From the NCBI RefSeq assembly GCF_006345805.1, contig NC_043005.1, forward strand, positions 101,370,001-101,434,000: DNA of 64,000 nt, read 5' to 3'. Both the position numbers and the translations under genes were made by a program. The notes under the pieces are model-generated. The model was not told the DNA's origin, did not search any database, and saw only the letters and a program-made list of their open reading frames with translations. Of the stretch, positions 14,347 to 26,369 are shown in pieces (the stretch's first letter is position 1; every line of letters begins with the position of its first letter). This stretch comes from Octopus sinensis (taxonomy: Eukaryota).

Positions 14347-15129
14347 TTTGTGTATATATTCATATGGATTGGTTAAAGATATTACTGGTTTCTCACGATG
14401 TGATTGTGGGAGGACTACTGCGGAGAACCTAGCTGAATGTAATCATGGAGAGGAGGGTAGTTCAGATAAAATATACTTTCTCTTATGTTGGCACAGGCGA
14501 ATTTTTATGCTGTTCTGAGTGATGAGAGTATTTTAGCATAATTCTTTTCTCAACTAAGCATAACATACATTTTCTGCAATTTTTGAAATAAAGTCTCTAT
14601 GATTTTCTAATTATGTTGTAATCTGTGGTTTATATACTTATGTGTGTGTGTGTATGCATAAATATTTATTAATGTATATGTCTTTACATATGTATGTATA
14701 TGTAATTACGTATGTAACCATATCTGCGTATATATCTTGGATAATAAAACAGAGTTTGTTGTGTGTGTGTGTGTGTGTGCGTGTGTTCCTGATGGATTTG
14801 AAAACTGAGTTGTCCATTTTGACGTCGAAGTTATCAGATGATTCAGTAATCTTTCGGCTACCAAATAAAGTATGTTTTTTGCACAACAACTCTTTTTTAC
14901 TACAAAAATAATCTAGTAAACGATTTCAGGTCGCACAATTTTGAGGTCTTTGGCTGAACTTTTAATTTCCTTCCTGAAATAGTTGCCTCTGATGTAGCAG
15001 ACCCATTGCATGCTTTTTTTTTTTAACCTTTCCTGAAATACTATAAATTTGTGACTTTCTTTTGATGAAAAGGTGTGTTTTAAGAAAGATTTGGCTGCTC
15101 TCTGTTGTAGCTCAAGTTACCACAGAGAT

Positions 15130-15177
<48 letters not shown>

Positions 15178-15599
15178 TTTCTTGTGGCGAAAAAAATACT
15201 TTTTCTCAGAATATTTTGCACATTAATTTTTAAAGTAATCTAGACATCTTTCTTACTGCTAACCATTCAACTTCAAATTACAATTGTTAATTGTTGGAAG
15301 TCAGGTAGACTGAGATGTACATATAGTGTTATCATTTGTGGAAGTTCAATACAAAGTTTTGAATTCTTGTGGTTAGTAATCCATTACCTTAAATTTGAAT
15401 CCATTAAGTTTTTAAACATTTTCTTGGGTTTAGTCTTTCCTTCAAAATTTAATTGATCATACTGACCTCGGTATGTATTTCAATCTGGCATTTATTTTAT
15501 TGATCTCTGCTTGATGAACTTTGAGACACAGTGGGGCACAGTACTTGATTTAACAGCAAATGTAACCACATACTCACTCACACACATATTAGATGCAAG

Positions 15600-15770
15600 A
15601 ATGACTGTGTGGTTGAGAATTTTGCTTCCCAACCACATGGTTCCATGTTCAATTTCTCTGCATGATACCTTGGGCAAATGTTTTCTACTATTGCCCTAGG
15701 CCAACCATAGACATGTGACTGAACTTGGTAGACAGAAACTGCAGCATTGTTCATCAGAAAATGACTGTAA
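15600..15770 (+). mobile_element. SINE family A 5' half
   Basis: tgactgtgtggttgagaattttgcttcccaaccacatggttccatgttcaat...ttgggcaaatgttttctacta. Confidence 0.75.
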
Positions 15771-15898
15771 AGCATGTTTATAAAGATGAGTTACTTCCTT
15801 CATACTCCTCATGTACCGATTCTGCCCATAAGCAAGGAACAAATAATACAATGTGGCTGTAGGTCATAACATCCAGGCAATGCCAGGGTGCATTGCTA

Positions 15899-15937
<39 letters not shown>

Positions 15938-17163
15938 ACGTATATGCATACATATGTGTTTGCATATGTACAAAGACACAAAATTATTAAATATCTATCT
16001 ATCTGTCTGTCTGTCTATCCATCTGTCTATCTATCTACACACACATATATATTTACATATATATATTCATGTATAAATATATAGATATTTATATATTAAC
16101 AGTGCAAACATTGAGTACAAAGACACAACATTATGGAGAGCAGGGAATAAAGTGTTACAAGTCCAACAGCTGTTTCTGGGGCCTCAGAATTACATCATAA
16201 TGTTGGCAAATGTAGTTCACAAAAATTCAAGGATATGCAGCCAGTTGTGGAAGCATGTAAACATTAGGTAGATCTGGCCCCTGTCTTCAGGGTGTAGAGA
16301 TAGTTATCTAACAATTCAAATCATAGTGAATGGAAATTTAAAGGGAGGATGGGTGAAAAGGAAGGCAGACAGAAGTAAATGGAGGGAGGGTGTAGGCAGC
16401 TCATTGAGGGAGCTCATTGTAGGGAGTGTTTAAGCAAGGAAGTGATAGGAAATTCAAATCAGGAATTGGGAGGGGAGAGTGATCAGGGTAATTAAGAAAG
16501 TAGAAGTAGAGAGTTGGGAGTTGTAGAAGATGTAGGATGGGTAGTATTGTGAAGGGTGGTCCTTGTTGGGCTTGACAACTGACATAAATAGTTAGGAATG
16601 GTGGAGCTATTGAACTGTGTGAAAGAAATTGGAATAATAGTGAGAGAATGGAGAGTATTAAAGGAAGAGAAAGTATCTAGCTATAGATGCCTGTAGAATG
16701 GTGAAGGGGAAATTTGAAGAATGAACATAGGTTGGTGGCAGATGGAGGGTACTGATATGTAGAAAGATATGAAAGTAAATAGAGAGAAAGGGAGGGATGG
16801 GGTTGGTAGTGCTAAGTGGCTCTGAACAAGCTGTGAGGAGATGGGGAAGGAATTTGAAGCATGAGGATGGGGTGGCAGTAAAGAGGGATGTACTGAGCAA
16901 GAGGAATGGGCAAAGGTGAATGAGGGAGTCTAGTGTCACTACCCTCATCTGTATTTATCTGAAACTCTTGACAGGAAACCCAGTCTTGTTTTGAAGGTGC
17001 TGTGTAGTATCTGGTCCTTGCATTCTGATGTCAATGTTGGGATTTTTGGTACTATCCAATTGCACCTCATTCTACTGTTTGTGTAACTTTCAATGAAAGA
17101 ATTTGGTACAGGTTCTTTATACGTATACACACACACTGATATGTGTGTGTGTGTATATATATA

Positions 17164-17214
<51 letters not shown>

Positions 17215-17249
17215 GTAAATGTAATGTGTGACAATTATTCGGTAGCCAT

Positions 17250-17310
17250 GATAAAACTCTGAGTTTCGGATGCTGAGGTGGCAATCCACACCGCCATCTC
17301 TTCAGTTATC
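17250..17310 (-). ncRNA. Type I hammerhead ribozyme motif (mirror copy)
   Basis: Minus strand reads gataa CTGAAGA gatggcggtgtggattgccacctcagcatcc GAAAC tcaga GTT ttatc. Confidence 0.65.
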
Positions 17311-17312
17311 CG

Positions 17313-17373
17313 GATAACTGAAGAGATGGTGGTGTGGATTTCCACCTCGGCATCTGAAACTCGGAGTTTTATC
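17313..17373 (+). ncRNA. Type I hammerhead ribozyme motif
   Basis: Stem I GATAA (17313-17)/TTATC (17369-73); core CTGAAGA 17318-24; stem II GATG/CATC with inner GTGG/CCAC; GAAAC 17356-60; stem III ACTC-G-GAGT; predicted cleavage after GTT at 17368. Confidence 0.65.
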
Positions 17374-17539
17374 ACGGCTACCGAATAATTGTCACATATT
17401 ACATTTACAGATAAATTCCTCTATTTACATAATATCGAGGTCTCTTTCTTTCATTTGTTGTCTTACCGTTTTTATCAATATATATATATATATATATATA
17501 CTGCTGAGGAAAAGGTGGAATTGCAATAGGAATAAAAGC

Positions 17540-19090
17540 AGCCTCAACTTTTTGTGAACCTAATAATAGAACATTTAGAATATCAGTATCACTACAAAAA
17601 TATAGATACTCCTTTTTACTGTATATAAGAGAGAATTGGGGAAAATATCTGACTGACTACTTTATCTTTTGGAATGAGAATATTGATAATTTGTTTGAAT
17701 TTAAGTCACTGTTCAATGATATAAATCTAAATATTTAGTTTATACAGTGGAGTACAGCAAAGAGCAACTTACATTCCTTCATATTTTGACGAAAGAATTC
17801 AAGAGGGGGAGGTGTGGCTGTGTAATGAGCTTACTTCCCAACTATTTAGTTCCAGGTTCAGTCCTACTGTGTGGTACCTTGGTGAAATGTCTTCTACTAT
17901 AGCCTAGCACCAACTAAAGCCTTGTGAGTGGATTTGAAAGATGGAAACTGAAAGAATCATGTCATATATGTGTGTGTGTGTGTGTGTGGTCCTCTACCAC
18001 CACTTGAGAACCAGTGTTGGTGTGTTTATATCTCTACAACTAGTAGTTTGGCAAAGAGACCAATAAAATAAGTACCAGGCTTGATAAAAAAAAAATTTTA
18101 ATAAACATATTGGGGTCAGTTCATTTAGATAAAATTCTCCAAGGTGTTGCCCCAGGGTGGCTGCAGTTTATTGACTGAAACAAGTAAAAGGTATAAGCTA
18201 AATCAAATTGAAACTGATATCAATTATAAACTCACAGACTCGAAGCAATACCTTTTTACCTGATGCCACCAAAACACATGGAAATAAACTATTCCCATTT
18301 ATTTAGCAGAAAAGATTTGTACAATTTGTGTCTGATGCAAATATCCAGGACCTTTGACTTCATGAACTTGAAGCCACGCCGGTCAAGGGACACTGACCAT
18401 CCTCACTGATAGATGATGGGATTAAACGTGTAGAGAAAATAGATATCCAAATGCTGAAGGAAACAAAATAAAATTACACACCCCATTTAAAAATTCTACC
18501 CTATATTTCAACAGAAACACTAAGCATATAACACCATTATTCAAAATTTAACTATGTTCATTAGGGACTCTAAGATGAACCACATTCTGAAAACACACAA
18601 ATCCCTCGAAAGTAGAAAACATCCTAAATTGTTAAAAAGAATACTGTCAAATGTATAATGATACACAACAACAGTGGAACCAAAAGTTAAAAGATGATGT
18701 CCAAACTGTGGAACATGTCCCAACCTACTGGCAGGTTTGGAATTCCACTTCAAACAAGGATCAAAATTCATAATTAAGACTGATTTTACCTGTGCATCCA
18801 AAAACTTAATCTATGTGATGACTTGTTCGGTATGTGGACACAATTATATCGGTCAAACATATATGTCTATCGGACTGAGAATGACACTGCATAAGGATCA
18901 GATCCGTTTCCCAAGATATAGATGAATACCATTAAGTGAACACATAAAGAGATGTGTGGGGAACTGCCAGCCAAACTTCACTGTTTTACCCCATTTACCA
19001 ATGCAATGAAAGAATTTCTATAAAACAACAATTAAATAAAGAGAATATTTTTGTTTGTTGGAAAATACAAACTGCACCTGAATATGAACA
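17540..19090 (+). mobile_element. Penelope-like element remnant: RT C-terminus plus GIY-YIG endonuclease
   Basis: Interrupted frames read FIFWNENIDNLFEFKSLFNDIN...TVEYSKEQL and NQIETDINYKLTDSKQYLF. ORF 18737-18925 reads FTCASKNLIYVMTCSVCGHNYIGQT (GIY-YIG motif), preceded by CPNCGTCP. Confidence 0.85.
17806..18190 (+). mobile_element. SINE family A nested inside the PLE RT
   Basis: ggtgtggctgtgtaatgagc...ggttcagtcctactg...gactgaaacaagtaaaagg interrupts the RT reading frame. Confidence 0.85.
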
Positions 19091-19139
19091 CAAATATTTT
19101 AATTCATGAAAACAACCAACCCTGGAATTATTTTAATTC

Positions 19140-19359
19140 ATAAATTAGCATTTAAAACAGCCATATTTGACCAAAATATTCCATCTATGTTATTTTCAAA
19201 CTGGCCAGATCCAGTCTCTTACATCTACAAGGTTAGTCTAAAAATCAACAATCACATAATCAAAATCTCAACGCTGCAAGATAATACAAGATAAATTCAA
19301 AATAATGTGAATAAATAAACATTACATTTGATGGAGTATTCTAAATGCTAAAGGGTTAA
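19140..19359. mobile_element. Possible piggyBac-type MITE
   Basis: Right end aatgctaaagggTTAA; left end degenerate (ttagcatttaaaac). A TTAA/CCC-type terminus is typical of piggyBac. Confidence 0.4.
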
Positions 19360-19752
19360 ATCAGGTACACATAACTGATTTTGTAAATATTTCCATTCAT
19401 AAATGTATAACTTCATAATGTAAATACAAATCAGTTCTTCTCCAAAAAAGAAATTACCTCCCCTTAAATTTATTTAGTTACTAATTCATTTACAAAACAA
19501 CTTTCCTGCTACTAACATAGACTAAAAACTTTCTTATGATATCATGAAATTGTAATATTTTTGCTAATTTCTTAGTCATGATTAGCAAAAGTGAAACCGC
19601 TTGACAATGTAAATATTTTAGTTCATAAAAAGAAAATACAAAACTTCTGTGCATTTTTCTCCTCATATTTTTAATTACAGGTCATCATGAGGGGGGGGGG
19701 GATTTTTTCGAATGCAACTTTTCACTAAAATATACACACATATATATATATA

Positions 19753-20122
19753 TATCTGTAAATGTAATATGTGACAATTATTTGGTAGTCAAGATAAAAC
19801 TCTGAGTTTTGGATGCCGAGGTAGAAATCCACACCACCATCTCTTCAGTTATCTGGCCATCAAAAAAGCATTATGTAAAATGACCGTTATACAAAGGGAA
19901 ATTACTGTGTTATTGACCGCTATTTAGACAAAAGAGCTATTCGAATGACCACTAATTAAGGTAAGGGGGTAAAATTTTATAGTATACGCGTAAGCGCGCC
20001 TGTTCATACATACACATGTGCGCTCGCAAACCCACGTGCATACGCATACATTCACCCACCCTCACTAGAAAAACGTACACATCTTCACTCGCATCTTTCG
20101 CCATCTCACCGTTTTTACCAAC
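19753..20122. mobile_element. Second Penelope-type pLTR insertion
   Basis: 19753-19853 matches the left arm at 17210-17310. Right end accgtttttaccaa matches 17463-17477. (TA)n on both sides. Hammerhead GAAA is mutated to AAAA. Confidence 0.65.
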
Positions 20123-20139
20123 ATATATATATATATATA

Positions 20140-20482
20140 TCAACATCAATGGAAATTGTAGCTGTGATACCAGTGCCGGTGGCACGTAAGAGAACCATCC
20201 GAACGTGGCCGTTGCCAGCACTGCCTCAACTGGCCTCCGTGCCGGTGGTATGTAAAAAGCACCATCCGATCGTGGCCGTTTACCAGCCTCACCTGGTACC
20301 TGTGCCGGTGTCACATAAAAAGCACCCACTACACTCACAGAGTGGTTGGCATTAGGAAGGGCATCCAGCCATAGAAACACTGCCAGATCAGACTGGGCCT
20401 GGTGCAGCCTTCTGGCTTCCCAGACCCCAGTTGAACCGTCCAACCCATGCTAGCATGGAAAGCGGACGTTAAACGATGATGA
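20140..20482 (+). mobile_element. SINE family B, well preserved
   Basis: gtggttggcattaggaagggcatccagcc...ccatgctagcatggaaagcggacgttaaacgatgatgat. Confidence 0.9.
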
Positions 20483-21438
20483 TATATATATATATATATG
20501 TATATCACTCACTAATTTTGACATCAGCACCTTTTCCAACACTATTATACTGTATATTGCTGGCAGTGGTTAAATGCCCATCATTGACAAGACTGAGGAA
20601 GGTCAAAATCACGTGAAATGGTGGTGTCGGTGCTAGGGTTTGCAGAGATTTATCTCCTCGCTATGTAAACAGGTATGCATTTTGCACCAAAAGTCAATAT
20701 GAGAGTTTCTCTCATCGTAACTACCGCATGGTAACAACTTTCTGGGTGACTTCCTGAACTGAAAAAGCAAAATTTTTCATTGCTGTCCTCATGATAGAGA
20801 ATTTATTTTGTCAACATGGTCATCCCTTTTCCCACATTAGAGAATGGAAAACATGCTCACACCACTGACCACCTTCAGCTACATATAACATTGTCCCCAC
20901 AGAAGCAAGTCTTCTTTGTCCCTCCTGAAAATGACGTGCCTTTCCATCACACATGTTATCCTCCTTTTTACTATCACCTAGTGAACCAGGGCTATATATT
21001 TACCTTCATACATACATCTATACATACACATATATATGCATATATGGGGACAGGACATGATAAAACGTGTACAACAAAAAATACGAAGTATGAGTACATG
21101 GAATATCAACTATTTTTTCAAACAACAAAAGACACAAATGGAAAACAAGGCAAACAACATAAAGAACAACCCTTCATCAGTTGTTGGCTGTTTTTCTACT
21201 CTTGTATTTTGAGCATTTAACAGCAGCATACACTTTTGATAAAACTGTTGCTTCTGCAAAGGAGATTAAATAAATTTGAGATTTTGTGGAGGGTCAAGCT
21301 GGTAACACAAACAGGACAGTGAAAACAAACAGGAGGGGCTGCTAAGCCTAATTGAGGTTATCGTGGTGAACGTGTAAATCAAGCTTGGACAGGAGACAGA
21401 CAAGAGCATGTCTTCCTTGTTGTGTATATCTCTCTATT

Positions 21439-21843
21439 CTCTTTTACCTGTTTCAGTCATTTGACTGCGGCCATGCTGGAGCACCACCTTTTAGTCAAGC
21501 AAATCGACCCCAGGACTTAATTTTTGTAAGCCTAGTACTTATTCTATCGGTCTCTTTTGCCGAATCGCTAAGTAACGGGGACGTAAACATACCAGCATCG
21601 GTTGTCAAGCGATGTTGGGGGGACAAACACAGACACATAAACACACACACACACATATACATATATACATATATATATATATGACAGGCTTCTTTCAGTT
21701 TCTGTCTACCAAATCCACTCACAAGGCTTTGGTCGGCCCGAAGCTATAGTAGAAGACACTTGCCCAAGGTGCCACGCAGTGGGACTGAACCCGGAACCAT
21801 ATGGTTGGTAAGCAAGCTACTTACCACACAGCCACTCCTGCAC
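21439..21843 (-). mobile_element. tRNA-derived SINE family A, full length
   Basis: Minus-strand head gcaggagtggctgtgtggtaagtagc...ggttcagtcccactgcgtggca carries A- and B-box-like motifs. Central (CA/TA)n; tail ...gactgaaacaggtaaaagag. Confidence 0.9.
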
Positions 21844-21879
21844 TTATATATATATATATATATATTTATATCAGGCTGA

Positions 21880-22980
21880 GTATAATGTAAGCAATGTTGT
21901 GTAACATGTAATTCATCACAATATATTTCAACCATGCAGAAATTTTATTCAGCAAAGTAAGTACCATTACAATCAACACATTTTTGCCAACTAATTATAA
22001 GTTTGTTTATTCCGGTAGCATAAAAATCTGGAGTTCTGGAGCTGAGGAACTCTTTGAACACACTGTCAGCATTGGTTTGATTTTTGAACTCCTTCTCTTT
22101 CAGGAAAGCATCAAGGCGCTTGAAAAAAGTTGTACTCAGTAGGAGAAGGGTCTGGGGGAATAAGCTGGGTGGAGAAGAACTTCATAATGAAGTTCTCTCA
22201 AATTCTGGAGTAGTGTGTGTATATGTATATATGTGCGTGTCTGTGTGTATATGTATGTATGTGTGTGTATATGTATGTAGATATATGTGTGTGTATATGT
22301 ATGTATGCGTGTATATGTTGGCCAGTCTGAGATGGAGAAGTAGCAGTTTTTCATTCATTTTGGCAATTTCATGGCAATATGTTTCTGCAGTAATGGTTTT
22401 TCCAGGTTTTAAGAAGTTATAGTGGATGAGTCCAGCAGTACGCCACCAAACAGTCACCATAACCTTTTTGAAGAGCTTGGATTTAAAGATGGTTTTTGGT
22501 GCTTCCTTTTGGTCCCAGCACTGCAAAGAACATTTTTCATTATTGTACAGGATACACTTTTAATTGCAAGTTACAATACAGTTGAGAAATGGATAGGTCT
22601 GGTTACAGAGAGAAGCGAGAAGCAAATTCCATATCTGCGCATTTTCTGATTTTCATTCAAATCGTGTGGTACCCATCTGTCAAGCCTTTTTGATTTTCTG
22701 ATTGCATGCAGTTTTCTGGCTAACTTGAAGTTCTTTTATTAGTTCTTGAGTGGTTTTACATGGATCTTTCTCAATGACATTCTTTAATTGATTGTCATCA
22801 ATGACAGATGGGCATCCACAATCTCACAATCTTCAAGGCTTAAGTCTCCACTGCGAAGTCGTTTAAACCATTTTTGAGCTGACCACACATTGTTCATTTC
22901 CTCGCCAAATGTTTCATTGATATTGCAAATGGTTTCATCTGCTTTACATCCTGTTTTGAAGTTGAATAGCTAAATTGCAC
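21880..22980 (-). mobile_element. mariner (DD34D-type) transposase pseudogene
   Basis: ORFs read KVMVTVWWRTAGLIHYNFLKPGKTITAETYCHEI and LRELHYEVLLHPAYSP. Confidence 0.9.
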
Positions 22981-23039
22981 GAATATCACACTTTGACACT
23001 TCCATTGCTGATGAGTGTAACAACAGTGAAAAAAATATA

Positions 23040-23660
23040 CATACATACAATAAGTTTCAATGCTGCCATAATCCTTGCCTTGAGATCATCTTTGGTGTTA
23101 CAGAGAGTTTTGTTAGTCTCTTGCTCCACACATAATAATATTGTGTTGCAGTCTGGGGTGCTGTTATTGCAGAAATAGTATTACAGCCACAACTGTGTTT
23201 TCCTGGTTGTGTGACACAGTGCAGAGTCCTGTTGCCTGACATAAGGTCTTCTGGTGGCCACCCACTTGACCCAGGGCACCACTACCTCCTCCATGCACTT
23301 CATGTAGGTCTCCGTGTTGAGTTTGAGACCATGTGGGAAGATGAATGGAGGCATAACATCGCCATCACTAGTGATCACTGAAAACAGCATGATGTTGACT
23401 GGATATCTGATTGTTATCACTCTTGAAACATGTCCTCAGATTGACACTCAAAGACTCTGAAATGTTCATATTGAAACTTCCAGCATGAATGCCAAACAGT
23501 ACAGCATGTTGTTTCCAAATGTCTGGCAGAGTGAATTGCATCATGGTGTTGTTTTTCTCACAGATGGTGCCCAACTGACCCTACCATTCTGTGTAGTCCA
23601 CAGAATCAAAAACAAACAATGCACATGCATGAAATTAAAAGTATAGTACTGTGACTATTT
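23040..23660 (-). mobile_element. Tc1/mariner-superfamily (maT/DD37D-like) transposase remnant
   Basis: ORF 23181-23420 reads PVNIMLFSVITSDGDVMPPFIFPHGLKLNTETYMKCMEEVVVPWV...YVRQQDSALCHT. Confidence 0.8.
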
Positions 23661-23807
23661 ACACATTGCACTCTATATATATGTTTATATGTGTGTATGT
23701 ATTTATATATATATATATTTATGTATATAATATATTTATACATATACAAAGCACAGGTGTAGCTGTGTGGTAAAAATCTTGCTTCTCAACAACATATGTA
23801 TATATAT

Positions 23808-24185
23808 ATTCTTTTACTTGTTTCAGTCACTTGACTGTAGCCATGCTGGAGCACCACCTTTAGTCTAGCAAATCAACCCCCAGAACTTATTCTTTGTAAG
23901 CCTAGTACTTATTCTATTGGTCTCTTTTGGCGAACTGCTATGTTACGGGGATATAAGCACACTACCATTGGTTGTCAAGCGATGTTGGGGGGGGGGGGGT
24001 GACAAACACACATACACATATATATACAACGGGCTTCTTTCAGTTTCCATCTACCAAATCCTCTCACAAGGCTTTGGTCAGTCCAAGGCTATAGTAGAAA
24101 TCACTTGCCCAAGATGCCTTGCAGTGGGACTGAACCCGGAACCATGTGGTGGTAGGCAAGCTACTTAGCACACAGCCACTCTTGC
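23808..24185 (-). mobile_element. SINE family A
   Basis: Reverse complement of the family A consensus, with central microsatellite. Confidence 0.85.
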
Positions 24186-24229
24186 ACACATATATGTGTG
24201 TGTGTATATGTAATATATGTATGTTGTAT

Positions 24230-24660
24230 TTGATGCTGGTGTCACATATCAGGCACCCATGCTGGTGACACATAGAGGTACTTTTGCTGGTCGCATGTAC
24301 AAGCATCCATGCTTGTGGCACATAAAAATCACCCTTATACCATTGAAGTGGTTGGCATTATGAAAGGCATTTGGCCGTAGAAACCATACAATTCCAGTCG
24401 ATCCTTCTAACCCATGCCAGCATGGAAAGCAGATGTGAAATGAGGCTGATGATATGTATGTGCATATCATCATCATCATTTAACATCCGTTGTCCATGCT
24501 GGCATAGTTTAACTGGGATGGCACACTGGAAGGTTGCACCAGGATGCCCTTAGTAATGCTAACCATTCTGAGAGTGTAATGGGTTCTATCTGTGTGCTAC
24601 ATGCACAGGTGCTATTTGTGTGATACCAGTATCTGCCATCACTGCTATTCTGCTTGGCTT
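24230..24660. mobile_element. Two degenerate SINE family B copies tail-to-tail (+ ~24230-24455; - ~24466-24660)
   Basis: ccatgccagcatggaaagcagatgtgaaatgagg is followed by catcatcatcatttaacatccgttgtccatgctggc. Confidence 0.7.
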
Positions 24661-24686
24661 GATGGCTCTGCATTTTTTTTTTATTA

Positions 24687-25063
24687 TACTTGTTTCAGTC
24701 ATTTGACTGCGGCCATGCTGGAGCACTGCCTTTAATTGAGCAACTCGACCCTGGGACTTATTCTTTGTAAGCCCAGTACTTATCATATCGGTTTCTTTTG
24801 CCGAACCACTAAGTGACAGGGACATAAACACACCAGCATCGGTTGTCAACACAATACTAGGGGGACAAACACAGACAAACAAACATACACATGCATATAT
24901 ATACATATATACGATGGGCTTCTTTCAGTTTCCGTCTACCAAATCCGACTTTGGTCGGCCCGAGGCTATAGTAGAAGACACTTGCCCAAGGTGCCACGCA
25001 GTGGGACTGAACCCAGAACCATGTGGCTGGTAAACAAGCTACTTACCACACAGCCACTCCTGC
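24687..25063 (-). mobile_element. SINE family A, well preserved
   Basis: tacttgtttcagtcatttgactgcggccatgctggagcac...cttaccacacagccactcctgc. Confidence 0.9.
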
Positions 25064-25066
25064 ATG

Positions 25067-25104
<38 letters not shown>

Positions 25105-25111
25105 CGTGTAC

Positions 25112-25404
25112 ATTAGAATACATTAAGAGGCTTCCAAATAGGAAAGCCTTGTGCTAGAAAGAGCAGTAGAAAACTCAAACCACTGCTTTCTAGCACAAAG
25201 CTTTCCTATTTGGAAGCCTCTTAATGTGTTCTAATCATCATCATCATCATCATCATCATCGTTTAACGTCCGTCTCCATGCTAGCATTAAACGATGATGA
25301 TGATGATGATGATGATGATTAGAACACATTAAGAGGCTTCCAAATAGGAAGCTTTGTGCTAGAAAGAGCAGTGGTTTGAGTTTTCTACTGCTCTTTCTAG
25401 CACA
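25112..25404. repeat. Compound (nested) inverted repeat
   Basis: Arms 25112-25167/25182-25235 and 25150-25266/25287-25404 are near-perfect reverse complements. Confidence 0.95.
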
Positions 25405-25545
25405 TATGTGAATAATGTATAGTCTATTGACTATTTTGTTTGTGTGCTAGGACACTGGTAATAATAATTTCTTTAATTCTTATTACCCTAATATTATTTA
25501 TATGAATATATATGCATGTGTATATATATATATGTGTGTGTGTGC

Positions 25546-25582
<37 letters not shown>

Positions 25583-25689
25583 TATATGGTTGTGTGTATG
25601 TGTATATATATATATATGAATATATGGTTGTGTGTATGTGTATATATATATATGACTATATGATTGTATATGTGTGTGCCTGTATATAT

Positions 25690-26230
25690 ATTGACACTTT
25701 GCTAAGAAGCACAATTGGTGTCCCTGCTCAACCTTACCAATATTTCTTTCATGGAGCAAATTTTGCTCCAACCAAGGTAAATAATATACTGGATATCTAC
25801 TTCACAAAACAATATGGACATAATCCATAATGTGAAAGTGTCGCAGACACTGGGCTTGGATCACAACATAATATAGCTGTCTGTTCTGTGAACCCGATGC
25901 ACCTGCAGACATACAGGCTACGAGAAGCCCCTGAAATCTCTCCAGTCTGAAACAATCATAAAGCTAACTGGGAATCATTTGAGAAAGATATCCTCAAAGA
26001 GAATTGGCCTCAATGTCTCACCACACCAGACATTGACATGAAACTTTAAGATCTCATATCCATAATGCAAACTGTATCCAACAAATCTGTCCCAGAGCAC
26101 CAGGCCAACACACAGGAGAATGATCCCTAGTGAGACGAAAATTCTTATGAGATGAGCAAATACTCCGAACCACCTGAACAAACACATCTCAAAAATAGTG
26201 AAATGTCCCACCTGAAAAGAACACTATTGG
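25690..26230 (+). mobile_element. CR1/L2-type LINE endonuclease remnant
   Basis: Reads PTKVNNILDIYFT, then (frameshifted) MDIIHNVKVSQTLGLDHNII and ANWESFEKDILKENWPQCL. Confidence 0.7.
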
Positions 26231-26369
26231 AAATTGAGAAAAGCATAAGTTCTGGGGTCGATTAAAGGTTGTGCTCCAGCATGGCCACAGTCAAGTGGCT
26301 GAAACAAGTAAAAGACTAAAAGAATGTGTATACATGTATCTATTACATGTGTTATCTTCATTAAGCTTT

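Larger units (their letters stand above)
17210..17477. mobile_element. Penelope-type pLTR fragment with inverted duplication, inserted in (TA)n
   Basis: 102-bp arms 17210-17311 and 17312-17413 form a gapless palindrome (7 mismatches by manual alignment). A ~65-bp single-copy tail ending accgtttttatcaa follows. (TA)n on both sides. Confidence 0.7.

Noticed and set aside
20520-20990. Possible Tc1-like remnant (DLLLWG)
   Set aside because: A single weak motif and no matching TIRs.
21770-21843. tRNA gene
   Set aside because: The A/B boxes belong to the head of a multicopy SINE and no full cloverleaf is evident; the same applies to the other family A heads.
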